Source: Candidatus Heimdallarchaeota archaeon (GTDB taxonomy: Archaea; Asgardarchaeota; Heimdallarchaeia; Heimdallarchaeales; Heimdallarchaeaceae). Taken from it: a stretch of DNA of 29,943 nucleotides. Numbering within the stretch: the stretch's first letter is position 1; each line of letters opens with the position of its first letter. The stretch lies in NCBI GenBank assembly GCA_030668825.1, contig DAOVET010000030.1:1-29943 (forward strand), in the 5' to 3' direction. The translations under genes and the position numbers were made by a program. Below the pieces are notes generated by a model. The model ran no database searches, was not told where the DNA came from, and saw only the letters and a program-made list of their open reading frames with translations. Shown piece by piece: positions 26,886 through 29,943 of this stretch.

Positions 26886-27749
26886 TTGAAAATAAAAGTA
26901 CTAACAGACTCCGCAGCAGATTTGCCAAATGAGTTAAAGGAAAAGTATCAGATATCATCTGTTCCACATGTAGTATTCTTCGAAGAAAGACCATGGAAAC
27001 TTGGTGTCGATATATCAATAGAAGATTTTTATTTGCGTCTGAAAGATTCTAAGTTCCTTCCATCATCCTCTAATCCAGAAGCATCAGATTTTCTAAAAAT
27101 AATTGAAGAGAGTCTTGCAAAGAAAAATTATGACCATGTCTTCTGTGTTTCTGTTGCACAGGAGCTCAGCAGTTCAACATTTTCTGCATATAGACTTGCA
27201 ACTAAGAAGTTTGAAGATAAAACAACCGTTATCAATACAGAATCAGCTTCTGGTGTTCAAGGTTTAATGGCGCTTTATATCTCCGAATTAGCTCAAAGGG
27301 AAAAAAGTATAGAAGAAATAATAAAAACCATCGAGAACCTGAAGAAGAAATATTATCTTAATGTTGGGTTTCACACCTTGGATAATGTCTATAAATCAGG
27401 AAGAATTAAATCAAAATCAATTCTTCACCTAACTAAAATAATTGGTGTTAAACCCATTGCTCAAATGGAGAGACCAGGAAAACTAGTATCAACAATGCCT
27501 GTATTTTTCAGTAAAAAAGGCATGTTAAGGAAATTACTGAAACTTGCAATAAGGGGAACAGACGAGAACATTAAGTATGATTTAGTGATTTCTCATGTTG
27601 AGAATTTTAAAGGGGCTCAATTTATCTCAGAAAAACTAAAGAAAGCTAGAAATATTAATAGAGACTTCATAACTTTTGCATCCCCCATTATAGGAAGCAA
27701 CACTGGAATGGGTACAATTATTGTTTCCTTGCTTCCTTCTTTAGAATAA
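26886..27749 (+). CDS. DegV/FakB-family fatty-acid-binding protein
   Basis: KIKVLTDSAADLP, SSNP, TLDNVYKSGRI, GVKPI and SPIIGSNTGMGTI. Confidence 0.88.
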   Translation: MKIKVLTDSAADLPNELKEKYQISSVPHVVFFEERPWKLGVDISIEDFYLRLKDSKFLPSSSNPEASDFLKIIEESLAKKNYDHVFCVSVAQELSSSTFSAYRLATKKFEDKTTVINTESASGVQGLMALYISELAQREKSIEEIIKTIENLKKKYYLNVGFHTLDNVYKSGRIKSKSILHLTKIIGVKPIAQMERPGKLVSTMPVFFSKKGMLRKLLKLAIRGTDENIKYDLVISHVENFKGAQFISEKLKKARNINRDFITFASPIIGSNTGMGTIIVSLLPSLE

Positions 27750-27765
27750 AACTTTGAAAAATAGG

Positions 27766-28605
27766 TTATCTACCTAGTTCTTGGAGAAATTCGTTAAATT
27801 TCTCAGCTATTATTTTTTCATTACCCATCTGTATTCTGTGGAAATCAGCTTTTAATTCAACAATTTTTGAGTTTTTATTATTTAGGAACTTCTTAGAAGT
27901 TTCAGGATCAACGAAATAATCTTCTGCTCCCACAAACATTAACATTGGAATTTCTATTTCATTTAGTCTTCCTTGAACAGAATAGTTGATTACAAACTCA
28001 AATACATATCTTCGAAGACACCATGCATCATTCTCTTTCAACTGCTTCGCGGCCCATCTCACATTTTGTGTTTCTTCTGGTTTTTTGAATTTCAGCATTA
28101 AATTCAAGAAGAAAATAATCATTTTTTGGAAAAAGCTCATAATAAAGGAGGGTAACAAACCTAAAGCAGGTAACCAAAAGGGAGTTTTATATTTTTCTTG
28201 AGGGCTAATTGCTGCAATCAAATCTGGTTTTAGACCATCGCTATTAATATAGTAATTGAATACTTGAGAAGCTCCTGAACAGCTTCCAAAAAGAATGAAC
28301 TCCTTCTCTTTTAATTTAAGAGCTTTAATTATGGTTCCTAACTCTTCATTATATGCGTCAGGAGAGAAAAAACCCTTTTTATGAGGTGTTTTAGATTTCC
28401 CATAACCTCTTGATTCATAGACATAGATATTACCATAATTAGAAAGACTTGTAGCCAATTTCACAAATCCATCAATAGTGCTTAACCAACCTGGAATAAG
28501 TATTACATGACGAGATTTATATTTCTCATTTTGTGAATAGAACTTAGCAACTCTCACCTCGATTACTGGATCATCTTTGGTTTGAATGTATTCTATTTTA
28601 GTCAT
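27766..28605 (-). CDS. Alpha/beta-fold hydrolase
   Basis: LIPGW (oxyanion region), YESRGYGKS, nucleophile elbow GSCSG, GAED (acid) and DFH (His). Confidence 0.85.
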   Translation of the reverse strand: MTKIEYIQTKDDPVIEVRVAKFYSQNEKYKSRHVILIPGWLSTIDGFVKLATSLSNYGNIYVYESRGYGKSKTPHKKGFFSPDAYNEELGTIIKALKLKEKEFILFGSCSGASQVFNYYINSDGLKPDLIAAISPQEKYKTPFWLPALGLLPSFIMSFFQKMIIFFLNLMLKFKKPEETQNVRWAAKQLKENDAWCLRRYVFEFVINYSVQGRLNEIEIPMLMFVGAEDYFVDPETSKKFLNNKNSKIVELKADFHRIQMGNEKIIAEKFNEFLQELGR

Positions 28606-28691
28606 GAGTGTGAAATATACTAGGGAATTATATGCATTTCCTTAAGAAAAATTAGTATCTTCTTAAAAAGAAGAAAAAAAGAATAGATCGT

Positions 28692-29360
28692 CTATTCAGG
28701 ATTCGTTTTATGGCAGAGCCACCAATCAAGACAGGTTATAGAATTATCTTCCAATCTTTTCTTAGCTGTTTCTACATCGCCAGCTGGAGGAACAATAACA
28801 TCATCCCCAAAAAGTTCGTTCTGAGGCCAGTTAGCAGGAAGAGCTACGTTATGCTTAGATGCAACTTTCAATCCTTTAATCATACGAATTATTTCTTTCA
28901 TATTTCGTCCAAGTTCTGAAGGATAGTAAAGTATTGCTCTAATAATCATCTTTGGATCTATAATGAAAACAGCACGTACTGTACTACTACCTTTTGCATG
29001 TAACATTCCTAATTGTCTTGCCACTTCACCATGATCTGCAATTATAGGAAATTTAATTTCTACATCCAGATTTTCTTTAATCCAATCTACCCATTTAATG
29101 TGACTATATACTTGATCAATGCTTAAACCTAATAGTTCAACATTCATTGTTTGAAATTCCTCAAAATGTTTCTGGAAAGAAACAAATTCTGTGGTACAAA
29201 CAGGTGTGTAATCAGCTGGATGACTGAAAAGAACAAGCCATTTACCTTCATAATCACCAGGTAACTTCTTCATACCATGGGTTGTATTTACAACCATTTT
29301 TGGAAATCTTGTACCAATTAAGGGGATTTTCCCAGTTTCTTCATATTCTTTGAGAGACAT
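28692..29360 (-). CDS. Peroxiredoxin (archaeal Prx6-type)
   Basis: [15 protein letters not shown] (peroxidatic Cys), GRN and C-terminal CLDWWLC. GGTGA RBS. Confidence 0.96.
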   Translation of the reverse strand: MSLKEYEETGKIPLIGTRFPKMVVNTTHGMKKLPGDYEGKWLVLFSHPADYTPVCTTEFVSFQKHFEEFQTMNVELLGLSIDQVYSHIKWVDWIKENLDVEIKFPIIADHGEVARQLGMLHAKGSSTVRAVFIIDPKMIIRAILYYPSELGRNMKEIIRMIKGLKVASKHNVALPANWPQNELFGDDVIVPPAGDVETAKKRLEDNSITCLDWWLCHKTNPE

Positions 29361-29401
29361 TTTATCACCATTTTGTTAAATGAATATCTTTTCATAAACA
29401 T

Positions 29402-29441
29402 TTCTGAATATCAAAACATCATGGTTCGATTATCAAACCAT
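29402..29441. promoter_or_regulatory. Two tandem palindromic Lrp/Ptr2-type operator sites
   Basis: TTCTGA-ATA-TCAAAA (centre 29409) and ATGGTTCGA-TTA-TCAAACCAT (centre 29431). They lie immediately upstream of a TTTATGAA TATA-like box (minus strand, 29391-29398) of the prx gene. Confidence 0.6.
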
Positions 29442-29872
29442 ACAAATCTCAAAAATAAGATTACAGATGCAGATATTATCAAGATTCTTATGGTTGATGG
29501 GCGTAGAACTTTTGTTGAAATTGCTAAAGATTTAGAGGTACTGAAACTGCAATACGAAAACGAGTTAAACGTATGGAAAACGAAGGTATCATAGAGGGCT
29601 ACACAGTTGAAATAAATCCTAGAAAGCTTGGATATGGAATTAAGGCTATAATAGGTATTGATACAACACCGCAAAGATATATATCCACTATCCAAAAACT
29701 AAAACGAGATGCAGATATCTTAAGAATTTATTCCTCAAATGGCGATCATATGATCATGCTTGAGTGTTGGTTTGAAGATGATGATGAATTATCTTCTTTT
29801 TTGTCAAAAATAGAAACAATTGAGGGTATAACCGATATATGCCCGGCTATACTTACTGATATAATTAAGTAG
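29421..29872 (+). pseudogene. lrpA: LrpA/Ptr2-type Lrp/AsnC transcriptional regulator, split by a 1-nt frameshift in the HTH
   Basis: ORF 29373-29594 gives ...ILMVDGRRTFVEIAKDLEV. The other frame continues TETAIRKRVKRMENEGIIEGYTVEINPRKLGY...GDHMIM...ICPAIL. One base is missing at about 29539 (GAG GT ACT GAA). Confidence 0.85.
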
Positions 29873-29943
29873 ATTAAGAATAGCCCAAATATCTTTTTCT
29901 TATGAATCTAAGAGGTTACCTCTATTCTCATCTTGAGCTTTTT

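Noticed and set aside
1284-29695. Other short ORFs (1284, 6360, 6852, 11651, 15466, 20630, 22773, 23092, 26643, 27986, 28710, 29411)
   Set aside because: They lie antisense to or overlap well-supported genes and have no motifs.
1-29943. CRISPR arrays, IS elements, rRNA, long tandem repeats
   Set aside because: None were seen. Non-coding gaps are short, and no regularly spaced repeats or transposase motifs were found.

Overview
This is an AT-rich, gene-dense archaeal chromosomal segment, with GC roughly one third by eye. It most likely comes from an Asgard archaeon (Heimdallarchaeia-like). That placement is an inference from Cdc6/Orc1, AMP phosphorylase, a BHB-intron tRNA, LrpA/Ptr2, a RING-finger protein and several C-terminally anchored surface proteins. 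Most genes are housekeeping or metabolic: nitrilase, HAD hydrolase, MFS, ABC-2 transporter, Ntn asparaginase, cdc6, GNAT, AMP phosphorylase, AlaX, adenine deaminase, DegV, an alpha/beta hydrolase and peroxiredoxin. Four elements stand out. (1) A tRNA-Pro(GGG) at 13183-13320 carries two bulge-helix-bulge introns, one in the D-loop and one at 37/38, and the second intron holds a near-perfect antisense copy of the tRNA's own anticodon-stem region. (2) A divergent five-gene module at 13321-19336 has wHTH - MinD/ParA ATPase - membrane glycoprotein on one side. The other side has a surface vWA/MIDAS protein and a signal-peptide/ectodomain/TM/cytoplasmic-RING protein with the topology of a eukaryotic receptor-type E3 ligase. 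(3) A frameshifted LrpA/Ptr2-type regulator lies divergent from peroxiredoxin, with two palindromic sites 22 bp apart. (4) A decayed creatininase-family pseudogene sits beside the tRNA. No CRISPR array, transposase, integrase or rRNA was seen.
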